IMG/VR virus record: IMGVR_UViG_3300047457_001216
Location: 1-57,294 of that record
Origin: a virus
Taxonomy: Duplodnaviria > Caudoviricetes
DNA: 57,294 nt
Direction: 5' to 3' (one strand)
The notes below the pieces were generated by a model that searched no databases, was not told where the DNA came from, and was given only the letters and a program-made list of their open reading frames with translations. The position numbers were made by a program, and so were the translations under genes. Shown here piece after piece: positions 45,244-54,008 of this stretch; position 1 is the first letter of the stretch, and each line of letters opens with the position of its first letter.

Positions 45244-45722
45244 GCGTAGAAATGCGTGAGGGAATCTGGCGGAATCGGTGCGGGCAGCGGATGCTGATCA
45301 CGCGATGCGATCCGGTCGACGGACAGCAGTGGACGGACGGCTTGCAATGCTACTCAGACGATGGGCGATTTAACCCATCGCAAGGTAAGACCAGCCAAGA
45401 TCTGGTGGAGTACATCGGGATGTACCCGCCGCCAAAACCGCCGTCAGACAAGACCTTCGAGATCGAGCGGCTGCAGAGGGAGCTGCAGCAGGCTGAGATG
45501 GAGCGCATCGCCGAAGCCAACACTTTGCGGGTTGAGCAGGCAGCCGAGATCGAGCGGCTGCAGGCTGAGTTGCGGGGATATGCCGCCGATTCACACCGGC
45601 AATTGCGAAATCTTCAGGAGTCACACAACAAGGTGACGGCGAACCTGCAGGCTGAACAGCGTGGCGAGCGTGAGGGATTTCGGATTGCAATCAGCATGAT
45701 TCTGGAGAAGCTCAATGCCTGA
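45240..45722 (+). CDS. paralog 4: small beta domain plus coiled coil
   Basis: GIWRNRCG...Y-x-x-x-GR...DLVEYIG. Confidence 0.75.
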   Translation: MSVEMREGIWRNRCGQRMLITRCDPVDGQQWTDGLQCYSDDGRFNPSQGKTSQDLVEYIGMYPPPKPPSDKTFEIERLQRELQQAEMERIAEANTLRVEQAAEIERLQAELRGYAADSHRQLRNLQESHNKVTANLQAEQRGEREGFRIAISMILEKLNA

Positions 45723-45960
45723 GGAGCACAGCGACGAACGGAGAGCAGGCTGGCGACTGTTCTCTTGCACAGACTGCGAACGAGTCTGGTGGGCTGCCAC
45801 CAGAGACCGACGTTCGCCAAGCGCCGACCTCTGCACCTGCGACAACCCAGTCGTCCCACTCGACCACAAGCCTGACACATGGCTCCCCATGGATGACATG
45901 GGGAACCTCATCGGCGAAATCCCAGACCAAATACTCAGATACAGGACACGGACACAATGA
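45715..45960 (+). CDS. small Zn-ribbon-like protein
   Basis: CTDC...CTC; coupled. Confidence 0.65.
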   Translation: MPEEHSDERRAGWRLFSCTDCERVWWAATRDRRSPSADLCTCDNPVVPLDHKPDTWLPMDDMGNLIGEIPDQILRYRTRTQ

Positions 45961-46487
45961 GCAGACCAACGTACCGCACCATCCCGGACTACCCAGCATA
46001 TTCAATCGACACGCATGGACACGTCTGGAAAGACACCGAGCACGGGCTGACAAAAATCAGTCTGGAGATCCGGTCCATCAACGTCGCAAAAGCTGTCCTC
46101 GACATCCCACACGTCGCGCTTGAGGCACAGGGGCAGCCGACAATCTGGCGGCCACTCCTCGACCTGATCTCTCAGGTGTACTTCGACAACGCCATCATCC
46201 TGCCGTACAGCGGCAATCTGATGACTGCCGATTTCTCTGATCTGAACCAGCATCTGTTCGGCATCGGGTCCAACAGAGGCACAATCCTCCCGAAGAAACA
46301 GATCAACGACGCGATCCAAGGCATGAGCCGGCAGTTACTCTACCTGATCTGGACAGAACTGCAGTATTTCCAAGGGTTGCGAAACTTCTCCGCAAGCAAA
46401 TTTGTCGAAGAATTCTCAGTGGCATATCCGCCCGGACGTATCGCCGATGTGGCTGTCGTCATGCTCACTTCCGCTGTGAGAGTGTGA
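45957..46487 (+). CDS. protein with NUMOD4-like N-terminus
   Basis: YRTIPDYPAYSIDTHGHV resembles WK-x-I-x-GY-x-x-Y-x-VS-x-x-G-x-V. Confidence 0.55.
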   Translation: MSRPTYRTIPDYPAYSIDTHGHVWKDTEHGLTKISLEIRSINVAKAVLDIPHVALEAQGQPTIWRPLLDLISQVYFDNAIILPYSGNLMTADFSDLNQHLFGIGSNRGTILPKKQINDAIQGMSRQLLYLIWTELQYFQGLRNFSASKFVEEFSVAYPPGRIADVAVVMLTSAVRV

Positions 46488-46687
46488 TGAGAATCACTGC
46501 TCATAAGGAAGGCGATGTGTGGGTGCTTCGGACACCGCTGGGGAATCCTGTCGGTCACCGCCTGCTGCGGGCAAGTCAGGATAAAGAACCGCCGACAGAA
46601 AGCCGATACAGTAACGAGAGAGACGCAAAGAACGCGGCTCTCTCATGGAACATTTACCTGCTCAATCTGACAAAGGCCAAACGATGA
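46484..46687 (+). CDS. hypothetical protein
   Basis: Coupled overlaps on both sides. Confidence 0.65.
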   Translation: MMRITAHKEGDVWVLRTPLGNPVGHRLLRASQDKEPPTESRYSNERDAKNAALSWNIYLLNLTKAKR

Positions 46688-46926
46688 TCAACGTGGGAAT
46701 GGGAAACAACGGACGACACACGGCAAGCTGGGCTGGCTCCGAGCACGAGCTGGAACTGATGATCGAGAACAGCAGGCTGGAGCGCGAAGTCCAGACGCTC
46801 CGCAACAGCCAGCGACGCTGGGAGGTTTTGCTGGACGGCATGGTGGCGTTTATGCTGATTGCTGCTCTCGGGGCCGGCGTGGCTCTCGGGTTCTGGATGG
46901 GATCCGCTCAGGCTGGAGGATTCTGA
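46684..46926 (+). CDS. small membrane protein
   Basis: Coiled coil plus C-terminal TM helix. Confidence 0.65.
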   Translation: MINVGMGNNGRHTASWAGSEHELELMIENSRLEREVQTLRNSQRRWEVLLDGMVAFMLIAALGAGVALGFWMGSAQAGGF

Positions 46927-46927
46927 G

Positions 46928-47116
46928 ATGTCTGACAGACACTGCAGCAACTGCGGGATTCCTCTGGAAGAATGGGAATGGCGATTGTGTGAGCCCTGCG
47001 CTACGCAGTCAGTCCTTAACGACCTGCGAATGAAGAGGAGTGTGACCAGTGGCGAAGAAACGAGCGACGTCCGGCCGCCGAGCAAAGTCCCCAGCGTGGA
47101 CCCGCAAGGCCGGTAA
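46928..47116 (+). CDS. small CxxC/CxxC protein
   Basis: CSNCG...CEPC; GGAGG RBS; overlaps next gene by 68 nt. Confidence 0.5.
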   Translation: MSDRHCSNCGIPLEEWEWRLCEPCATQSVLNDLRMKRSVTSGEETSDVRPPSKVPSVDPQGR

Positions 47117-47357
47117 GAACCAGCAAGGCGGACTGAATGAGAAGGGACGCCGCAGTTACGAGCGGGCGAACCCGGGATCTGACCTGCAGCCGCCGGTGTC
47201 ACGAGCACAGGCGAAGAAGTCGAAGAAAGCAGCCAAACGACGCAAGTCGTTTTGTGCTCGCATGCAGGGGATGAAGGAAAAACTGACCGGATCCAAGACC
47301 GCGAAGGATCCGAACAGCCGAATCAACAAAGCACTGAGGAAGTGGGACTGCGGCTGA
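47049..47357 (+). CDS. conserved basic phage protein (DUF6321-like)
   Basis: PAW-x-RK-x-GKN-x-x-GGLN-x-KGR...RRKSFCARM...DPNSRINKALRKW-x-C. Confidence 0.85.
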   Translation: MAKKRATSGRRAKSPAWTRKAGKNQQGGLNEKGRRSYERANPGSDLQPPVSRAQAKKSKKAAKRRKSFCARMQGMKEKLTGSKTAKDPNSRINKALRKWDCG

Positions 47358-47360
47358 TGC

Positions 47361-47398
47361 CGCTGACATTGCGCTGACATTGCGCTGACATTTTGCTG
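47361..47398. repeat. 11-bp tandem repeat CGCTGACATTG x3
   Basis: Intergenic direct repeats plus partial GCTGA copies. Confidence 0.85.
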
Positions 47399-47411
47399 AA
47401 GGGTAAGTGAA

Positions 47412-47720
47412 GTGAAGCCACAAAGGACCAAAATCCAGACCCGTGACAGGGCGTTCAAGATCCTGACACTGGTCCGGCACGACGCGACCGACACCGAGGA
47501 CTGCTGCAGCCTGCTGCTGGATCTGGTGGAGAACCAGACGATCTGGATCAAACTGCTCGTGTTCGATGCCCTGTCCTCATCGGACGCCAGCATGGAATTC
47601 GGAGCCCTCTGGGGCCGCGAATCGCAGGACGAGAAATCGAACGAGAAACTCAGTTTGTTCCATATGTCACAGGTCGCTGAGGCACTGGCAGTCTGGGAGG
47701 CTTTCTGCCGGAAGCCGTGA
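47412..47720 (+). CDS. hypothetical protein
   Basis: 102-aa ORF filling gap. Confidence 0.65.
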   Translation: MKPQRTKIQTRDRAFKILTLVRHDATDTEDCCSLLLDLVENQTIWIKLLVFDALSSSDASMEFGALWGRESQDEKSNEKLSLFHMSQVAEALAVWEAFCRKP

Positions 47721-47767
47721 CAGTCTTTTTTTGCCTTTTATGTTCACCGTTTACTGAAGGAGCCACA

Positions 47768-48100
47768 ATGTCGGACGTCGGAAGGGAGAGAGCCCCGTTG
47801 CATTTGCGGATTCTCGCACACCAGCATCAGGAAGATCTGCTGCAGAGAGCCGTGAGCAGCCACGGGCCCGTGCTTCTGCAGTGGCTGTGCGGATCCGGTC
47901 GCAAAGACATGCCCAAGGCCGGGCTGGTCTCACTCAGAGAGTGCAGCAGGCTCACGGGACTGAGCCCCACATATCTGAGTCACTGCCGCAGCGGGGCGGT
48001 GTCACTCAGCTTCGGAGCCTATGTCCGGCTGTCACAACTGTGGAACAAGCTGCAGCGAGAACAGCAGCAGCAGACAGAAAAAAAGGCTGCGACCGAATAA
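47768..48100 (+). CDS. XRE-like helix-turn-helix protein
   Basis: SLRECSRLTGLSPTYLSH-x-x-SG; AAGGAG RBS. Confidence 0.75.
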   Translation: MSDVGRERAPLHLRILAHQHQEDLLQRAVSSHGPVLLQWLCGSGRKDMPKAGLVSLRECSRLTGLSPTYLSHCRSGAVSLSFGAYVRLSQLWNKLQREQQQQTEKKAATE

Positions 48101-48183
48101 ATCCAGTCGCAGCCTCTCGAAGGGTGCGCCGGACTTGCAGCTCTCCGGCACCCATATCGTAACCAACTCAGGAGGATTTGCCA

Positions 48184-48345
48184 ATGCTTTCCGTTCTCAT
48201 CATGTTCCTTGCACTGCTGATCGTCATCACGGTCGCACTGTTCAAACTGGCCGCCCGGGCAATCGGATTCACATTCCAGGACACATGCTTCTTCGACTGC
48301 ACAAACGAGTCGGAGGGTGACAAAACACAATTGCCTTTGTCCTAG
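48184..48345 (+). CDS. 53-aa membrane peptide (absent from ORF track)
   Basis: AGGAGG RBS; MLSVLIMFLALLIVITVALFKL... Confidence 0.65.
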   Translation: MLSVLIMFLALLIVITVALFKLAARAIGFTFQDTCFFDCTNESEGDKTQLPLS

Positions 48346-48359
48346 GATTATGTTACACT
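48331..48359 (+). promoter_or_regulatory. sigma70-type promoter
   Basis: TTGCCT-N17-TACACT with extended TG. Confidence 0.5.
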
Positions 48360-48407
48360 GCGGTTGAGTGGTGTTTGTTGCACACTTTTCGAAGGGGAAA
48401 CTGGACC

Positions 48408-48812
48408 ATGGCGAGCAGGCCAACGAAGGCGGAGATGCAGGAACTGAAGGATGATTTGGGCAGGGCGAATGCCAAAATCTCCATCCTGAATGTCGATATC
48501 GCCGACCTGAATGACGATATCGCCGACCGCGAGGAGACTGAACAGCGGCTGACACACGAGCTGGCGGCCGCGAATGACGGCTGGCGTCTGGCGACTGAGC
48601 GGTGTGCAGATCTTCATCGCACGGTCAAAGTCTTAGAAAAACTCAACGAGCAACTCACACGCGAGCGAGACGAAGCCAACAGGAAGGACGTAGAGTTGAG
48701 GAAACGTGTTAGGGAAATGTGCGAAGAGCATCAGGCTGAGCGCAAAGATTGGAACAAGGAACGCGAGATCCTTCGGGGCATCATCCAGATGCTCGCAGGG
48801 AGGACCAAGTGA
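48408..48812 (+). CDS. coiled-coil protein
   Basis: Heptad pattern; C-terminus like paralogs 1-4. Confidence 0.75.
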   Translation: MASRPTKAEMQELKDDLGRANAKISILNVDIADLNDDIADREETEQRLTHELAAANDGWRLATERCADLHRTVKVLEKLNEQLTRERDEANRKDVELRKRVREMCEEHQAERKDWNKEREILRGIIQMLAGRTK

Positions 48813-48979
48813 TGTCGTTCTGGACAATACTCCTCCTCATCATGTTTGCATTCCCGGCGTTCATTGTCGGAATCCTGCTTTCCCTGTTTCTCCTCTGGGC
48901 CGTCTGCGTCGTTGTCCTAGTGCTTGCTGAACTCGCCTACACCACATTCACCTTCACCAAAAAAGGGGAACAGCAATGA
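48812..48979 (+). CDS. small hydrophobic membrane protein
   Basis: GGAGG RBS; almost entirely hydrophobic. Confidence 0.65.
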   Translation: MSFWTILLLIMFAFPAFIVGILLSLFLLWAVCVVVLVLAELAYTTFTFTKKGEQQ

Positions 48980-49365
48980 GTGAACCATCGCCCGCAGAAC
49001 TGCAGGCTCAACTGGAAGAAGCCAACAAGAGGCTCGCCTTCCTGTACTCCTGCATGACACATACCGACGGATTCTGGAGATTAAACGTCCCAAGAATCCC
49101 ATTCAGCGAAGCAGAAACACCAGCAGACGCTGTCGCTCTGATGCTCGATCAACAACAGAAACTCAACGACTGGACCGGGCAGATCTTCAAACAAATGATC
49201 GAGGACGCCCTGGGCTCCACACTCTTCACCGCCAACAATCTCACAGGGATCGCCGTCGAACTGGTCGACGGGGGCTTCCGGATCTATGACGACTGGGTCA
49301 GCGACACGTTCACCACATTCGACGAAGCGCTCGCACATGCTCGCAAATGTGCACAGGAAGGATAG
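48976..49365 (+). CDS. hypothetical protein
   Basis: ATGA overlap. Confidence 0.7.
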   Translation: MSEPSPAELQAQLEEANKRLAFLYSCMTHTDGFWRLNVPRIPFSEAETPADAVALMLDQQQKLNDWTGQIFKQMIEDALGSTLFTANNLTGIAVELVDGGFRIYDDWVSDTFTTFDEALAHARKCAQEG

Positions 49366-49369
49366 AAAC

Positions 49370-49774
49370 ATGCCACCTAACGGGCCACCACCCAAACAAC
49401 CCGATGGCGAACTGCCAACGTCACCGCCGCCGCCACGCCGCAATTCAGATTTGACAAAAAAACTCAGGGATCTGCGGGCTCAGTTCTCTGAATTGGCATT
49501 CCAACTGACAAACGCAAAGCTCGATCTCGAACAGGCCAGACAAGATCTCAAACACGAACGCAGCAGACAGGCTGAGGCTCAAACTGGACTGCAGGTTACT
49601 GTCACACTCAATGACCTCCTTCGACAGAACGAAGAACTGCAGGTCTACAAACGCGCCATGGAGTCCATGGCAAAACAGTTCATCCACCCACGTATGACCG
49701 CACTCGAACTCGCAGAACTGCAACTGAAGGGGCAGACACCACCATGCAAGTCTACATCGACAACGGCAAACTGA
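49370..49774 (+). CDS. Pro-rich N-terminus plus coiled-coil protein
   Basis: ORF in operon. Confidence 0.7.
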   Translation: MPPNGPPPKQPDGELPTSPPPPRRNSDLTKKLRDLRAQFSELAFQLTNAKLDLEQARQDLKHERSRQAEAQTGLQVTVTLNDLLRQNEELQVYKRAMESMAKQFIHPRMTALELAELQLKGQTPPCKSTSTTAN

Positions 49775-49989
49775 TTCAGCTCGAACTGGAACTCATCGTC
49801 CAAGGCCCCGAAGGCATTCAGACAACCACCATCAAAACAACCGCACTCGTTACAGAGGTCGGCTTCGTCAACCAGCACAACGAGAAACAAATACTCTCTT
49901 GCCGCATCGTTCCAACACTCAAACTCATCAATCACGGCGAAGTCGTCCTCACACAGGTACAAGAACGCAGGCAGGAGCAGAACCAGTGA
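49744..49989 (+). CDS. hypothetical protein
   Basis: ORF in operon; ends QEQNQ. Confidence 0.65.
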   Translation: MQVYIDNGKLIQLELELIVQGPEGIQTTTIKTTALVTEVGFVNQHNEKQILSCRIVPTLKLINHGEVVLTQVQERRQEQNQ

Positions 49990-50312
49990 AGTTGACAATC
50001 GAGAAACGCGGATATATGCCGGTCCAGTGCGACAAGCCGCTGCCGTGCCCTTTCTGCGGGAGTGAACCGACACTATCACAGCTCGCACACACCACGACCT
50101 CACGCAGAGTCGGTAAAAAATGGGAGACCGTGCGAATCTGCATAGCGTATTCCTCGCAGACCCTGCAGGCTGATACGTTCAAGTTCAGCTGTGACAACTG
50201 CAAAGCCACGACCGGCAGATACCACGACACCGCGCAGGGCGCTGTCGAAGCCTGGAACACACGCTACACACCACCAGCTACCGATCAACCCCAGCAGGAA
50301 CAGAACCAGTGA
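49986..50312 (+). CDS. Lar-family (restriction alleviation-like) Zn-ribbon protein
   Basis: LPCPFCG...CDNCKA...AVEAWNTR. Confidence 0.8.
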   Translation: MKLTIEKRGYMPVQCDKPLPCPFCGSEPTLSQLAHTTTSRRVGKKWETVRICIAYSSQTLQADTFKFSCDNCKATTGRYHDTAQGAVEAWNTRYTPPATDQPQQEQNQ

Positions 50313-50545
50313 AACGCCGAACCAAAAACCCAGACAGCAAACCACTCGGACGACCACGACGACACCGTCAGGACGCCGTCACATGCGTCGTTAAATTGCC
50401 ACCCGATCTCGTCCGCTGGATTGACCAGCGATACCCCACACGACAGGACGGCATCGCAGCCATCGTCGCCGCCCATGTGGCCAACAACGACAAACCCGTC
50501 ATCCTCCACATCCCTGAACTCACTCCCATGGCACAATACTCCTGA
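50309..50545 (+). CDS. putative ribbon-helix-helix DNA-binding protein
   Basis: GRPR followed by VKLPPDLVRWID. Confidence 0.6.
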   Translation: MKRRTKNPDSKPLGRPRRHRQDAVTCVVKLPPDLVRWIDQRYPTRQDGIAAIVAAHVANNDKPVILHIPELTPMAQYS

Positions 50546-50570
50546 AACTCACTGAGAAAGGCCCTCGCTC

Positions 50571-51269
50571 ATGCTCGCATTCATCGACACCGAAACTACC
50601 GGCTTCCTCAACGCCGACCACGTCATCGAAGTGGCCGCCGTCGTCGTCTCACCCGACTGCAGACGACTCTACGCCACCTACGACTCCGTCCTCCCACCAC
50701 ACGACGACGACAACGGACAGTGCCGCCAAGCACTCCTCAGACAGTGGGCCTCCGATAACGCCTGCCACGGGCTCCAGCCCGACACATTCTCCGAAATCGT
50801 CCGTGACGCCTCGCCCAAAGCCAGACAGAGAGTCCTCGAATCGCTCATCGCCACACTCTCACAATGCCACACCATCGTCGGTCATAACCTGGATTTCGAC
50901 CTCCGCATGCTCGCAAATACAGGAGGACCAGCAGGACAGTGGTTCAAAGATCTCAAAGACGGCCGCATGCCCCGATTCAAGCTCGTCGATACGCTCCAGC
51001 GACGATCCGCCATCAACGGCAAAGCCGAATCACTCCAGTCACTGTACCAAAGACTCGGATCCGGACGACTCGACGCATACCAGCACTCAGCCCTCGGTGA
51101 TTGCCTCCGGCTCTACGAAATCTTCACGTTCCTCCCAACAGCCTCACTCATCAGTCAGGAAATCAACGAAGACGCCACCTTCGGAATCAACACCGCCTTC
51201 TCACGCTTCGACGACCTCACAAAACACAACATGCTCAAAGATCTCGGGTTCATGCTCATCAGCCGCTGA
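50571..51269 (+). CDS. DEDDh 3'-5' exonuclease (DnaQ-like)
   Basis: IDTETTG, VIEVA, VGHNLDFD, DTL, HSALGD. Confidence 0.93.
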   Translation: MLAFIDTETTGFLNADHVIEVAAVVVSPDCRRLYATYDSVLPPHDDDNGQCRQALLRQWASDNACHGLQPDTFSEIVRDASPKARQRVLESLIATLSQCHTIVGHNLDFDLRMLANTGGPAGQWFKDLKDGRMPRFKLVDTLQRRSAINGKAESLQSLYQRLGSGRLDAYQHSALGDCLRLYEIFTFLPTASLISQEINEDATFGINTAFSRFDDLTKHNMLKDLGFMLISR

Positions 51270-51318
51270 GAGTCATTTCGGTGTATTCATGTCCAGTTTC
51301 CGTTTGAAGGAGTGCAAA

Positions 51319-51588
51319 ATGCAAAAGAAAAAAACCGTCAGTCTTGATCCGCAGGTTCGCGAGCAGATTCGTGGGCTCCGAGAGAAAATTCATGACTTAG
51401 AGCATGAACTTGACCAGCGAATCCGTCGAGAACACGCAACTCTCATGCAACACAAGCAGACAATCAGAGAACTCAACGAAGCCTCCGCTCATCGCGAAAG
51501 CGAACTGATCGAACAACGACAGGCACTCATCGAGATGCTCGTCGCTGTCAAGGATACCCTCATGCCAAAAACCACCTTCGCCGAATGA
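51319..51588 (+). CDS. coiled-coil protein
   Basis: AAGGAG RBS. Confidence 0.7.
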   Translation: MQKKKTVSLDPQVREQIRGLREKIHDLEHELDQRIRREHATLMQHKQTIRELNEASAHRESELIEQRQALIEMLVAVKDTLMPKTTFAE

Positions 51589-51616
51589 TCGGGCTCGACC
51601 GAGGACACGAGAGAAC

Positions 51617-51648
51617 AAACGCCGGATCTTCGTCCGGCGTTTTCTGTT
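51617..51648 (+). terminator. rho-independent terminator
   Basis: AAACGCCGGA-tcttcg-TCCGGCGTTT followed by TCTGTT. Confidence 0.7.
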
Positions 51649-51673
51649 TACCGCAAAGACTACAGGGACACAC

Positions 51674-53920
51674 ATGATCAACGACGAACGATGGAGCGTG
51701 GTTATCGGCTGTGCCGGTGCCGGGAAAACGTCCTACGCCATGGATCTGCTCGAACAGGCCCTCAGAAATGGCCTCCAATGGCACCAGATCGGATTCTCCA
51801 GCTTCTCCCGGGCCGCCTGCCAAGAGGCCGTCAGAAGGGCAGCAAAATTGTGCGGAGAGTCAGAAGAACGATTGACAAGTCATGGGTGGTTCAGGACAAT
51901 CCACGCAGCGGCCCTGAGAGCTGTCGGAGGCGCTGGGCGAATCATCGACCCAGACTCGAAGTCAGGCCGCGAATTCTACGCTGATATCAAACTCCCACGC
52001 GGAGGCGATCGCGGTACGCTCGGCGAATCTGTCGCCCAAGTGCTCGAACGCTGGGATCTCGCCAGGCAAATGCTCTGGCCTCTGGTCGACAGGCCCCGTT
52101 TCACAGGCCTCCCAGACGGATCACCCGGATCACCCGGATCACCCGGATCACCCGATTCCCACCCGATTCCCAGGGGGGGTGCTACCATTTCTACGTGTGA
52201 AAACACTGGGTTTTCAGAAAGATTCCCACCCCCCTTTATGTATATAGGAGATTTTTTCAGTGCTATTAGTCCGCGTCGTTCGCGAAATTGGGTGCACCCT
52301 GCTACCGATTGTGATAAGTCCCTATATAGTAACAGGTTACACGCTCCCACCCCCCCCTGTGCCGGGTGGGAGTGGTGGGAGCGGGTGGGAGCGGGAAACA
52401 TAGACGGACGTTCACTGCACTGGTGTTCAGGTGTGGCAAATACTAACTGGGCGGACGAGATTGCCCAGAAGTTCGAAGACGCCAAACGACTTCACAACAG
52501 ATTGGACTTCACTGACGTCCTCATGAGATTCTGCGGACTGTCGGTCGATACCAACAATCGACTCACACTCACGACACCAGAAGGCACCGACCCCGACGAA
52601 TGCTCACTCTGGTTCCTCGACGAAGCCCAAGACTGTAGCCCCCTCCTCTGGATGACCGCCGATCGACTCACGACCAACGCCGCCGAAGTCGTCGCACTCG
52701 GAGACCCCTACCAAGCCGTATACGGCTTTCTGGGGGCCGCCCCTGAGTTTCTCATCGGATTGGCCGACGGATCGCGTCAGAGGGCCGCTGAGACCGTTCT
52801 GAGACGGTCGTGGAGAAATCCTCAGTGCGTGATCGACTGGGCCGAAGCAATTTTATTGGAAGATCCGGAGTATGTCACTCGCCAACCGTTCAGCGAACAC
52901 GACGACGGATCCGTCGGGATCGTCGAATGGGGGAACTGGATCCGGAAAATCGACACGCTCCCCGAAGTCGACACCATGATCCTCGGACGGACATGGTTCT
53001 CCCTCGCAGATGTCATCAAATCGCTCGACTCCCACGGCATACCATGGGCCTCCTGCGGCGAGAAAATGGCCAGCAAATGGGATGCACCCGTCCAACTCGC
53101 CAACGTCCTCACACTCCGAGAACTGCAGGCAGGACTCCCCATCAGCGAGGTCGACTACCGGCGACTCACCGAACACTACCCACAGAAACATCCAGAGCAT
53201 GGCGAATTCTTCACCAGAGGAGCAAAGGCCAAATGGAAGAAGGCCGCCTGCTCCGCCGAACCACAGACCACACTCGACAATCTCGGCTCATGGGACGCTA
53301 CACCCGCCTTCATCCACTACATCCAAGCAGGACTCTGGAAGGCCGACAAGTTCGCCATCATCGACTACGCCATTACCCGGTGGGGAATTGACGCTGTCCG
53401 GCACCCTCGGATAAAACTCGGCACCTGTCATTCCGTCAAAGGACTGGAGGCCGATGTCGTTTACTGTGTCGCAACGTCGACAGGAAAAGCCGAAAACGCC
53501 GATCCCGCCGAGGAACGGAACCTGAAATATGTCGCCATCACCCGCGCTCGACACGACTACAGACTCGTTTACCGAAACTCCGATCTCGCACAAAGCCGGC
53601 CGCAGTTCTGGTGTGCCCCCGAAAAGAAAAGCCTCACCCCAGAGCACATCGACACCGACCAGCAGTTCCTCGAAGCTCGCAGGAAAAAAGCCGAAGTTAG
53701 AGAAACAGATCCAATCCCAGATCATAGCCTACCTGGAGAAGATGGGTATTTGGTGTGTGAAGGTCCATCAGACTGGATTGAGTCGGAACGGGATCCCGGA
53801 CCTGATCTGCTGCCACAACGGGAGACTGATCGCGATGGAGGTCAAAAGGCCGGGCGAGACTCAGACACCACTCCAGAAATTCGAACAGGAGAAGATCAGG
53901 AAGAGTGGTGGAGTCTGTGA
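51674..53920 (+). CDS. UvrD/Rep-like SF1 helicase with ~110-aa atypical insertion
   Basis: G-x-AGAGKT, SFSRAA, RTIHA, DFTD, LDEAQD, GDPYQAVYGF-x-GA, L-x-RSWR, TCHSVKGLEAD, YVAITRAR. Confidence 0.92.
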   Translation: MINDERWSVVIGCAGAGKTSYAMDLLEQALRNGLQWHQIGFSSFSRAACQEAVRRAAKLCGESEERLTSHGWFRTIHAAALRAVGGAGRIIDPDSKSGREFYADIKLPRGGDRGTLGESVAQVLERWDLARQMLWPLVDRPRFTGLPDGSPGSPGSPGSPDSHPIPRGGATISTCENTGFSERFPPPFMYIGDFFSAISPRRSRNWVHPATDCDKSLYSNRLHAPTPPCAGWEWWERVGAGNIDGRSLHWCSGVANTNWADEIAQKFEDAKRLHNRLDFTDVLMRFCGLSVDTNNRLTLTTPEGTDPDECSLWFLDEAQDCSPLLWMTADRLTTNAAEVVALGDPYQAVYGFLGAAPEFLIGLADGSRQRAAETVLRRSWRNPQCVIDWAEAILLEDPEYVTRQPFSEHDDGSVGIVEWGNWIRKIDTLPEVDTMILGRTWFSLADVIKSLDSHGIPWASCGEKMASKWDAPVQLANVLTLRELQAGLPISEVDYRRLTEHYPQKHPEHGEFFTRGAKAKWKKAACSAEPQTTLDNLGSWDATPAFIHYIQAGLWKADKFAIIDYAITRWGIDAVRHPRIKLGTCHSVKGLEADVVYCVATSTGKAENADPAEERNLKYVAITRARHDYRLVYRNSDLAQSRPQFWCAPEKKSLTPEHIDTDQQFLEARRKKAEVRETDPIPDHSLPGEDGYLVCEGPSDWIESERDPGPDLLPQRETDRDGGQKAGRDSDTTPEIRTGEDQEEWWSL

Positions 53921-53972
53921 AGTCGTCACATCACTCGAAGACGTGCTGCTGCTGCTGCGGGGGGGTGCCTAA
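53613..53972 (+). CDS. VRR-NUC domain (PD-(D/E)xK) nuclease; start uncertain (GTG 53613 or ATG 53529)
   Basis: EKQIQ, GIPDLI, MEVKRPG, TPLQ, GG...VVTSLED. Confidence 0.88.
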   Translation: MPPKRKASPQSTSTPTSSSSKLAGKKPKLEKQIQSQIIAYLEKMGIWCVKVHQTGLSRNGIPDLICCHNGRLIAMEVKRPGETQTPLQKFEQEKIRKSGGVCEVVTSLEDVLLLLRGGA

Positions 53973-54008
53973 CGTGCTGCTGCTGCTGCTGCCGGGGGGG
54001 GAGACCGA

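Noticed and set aside
47768-48100. Lysogeny module
   Set aside because: Lone HTH gene with no integrase, peptidase-bearing repressor or divergent switch; lifestyle cannot be settled from sequence
52090-52440. Intein or intron in the helicase
   Set aside because: No C...HN intein termini or endonuclease motifs; frame is uninterrupted
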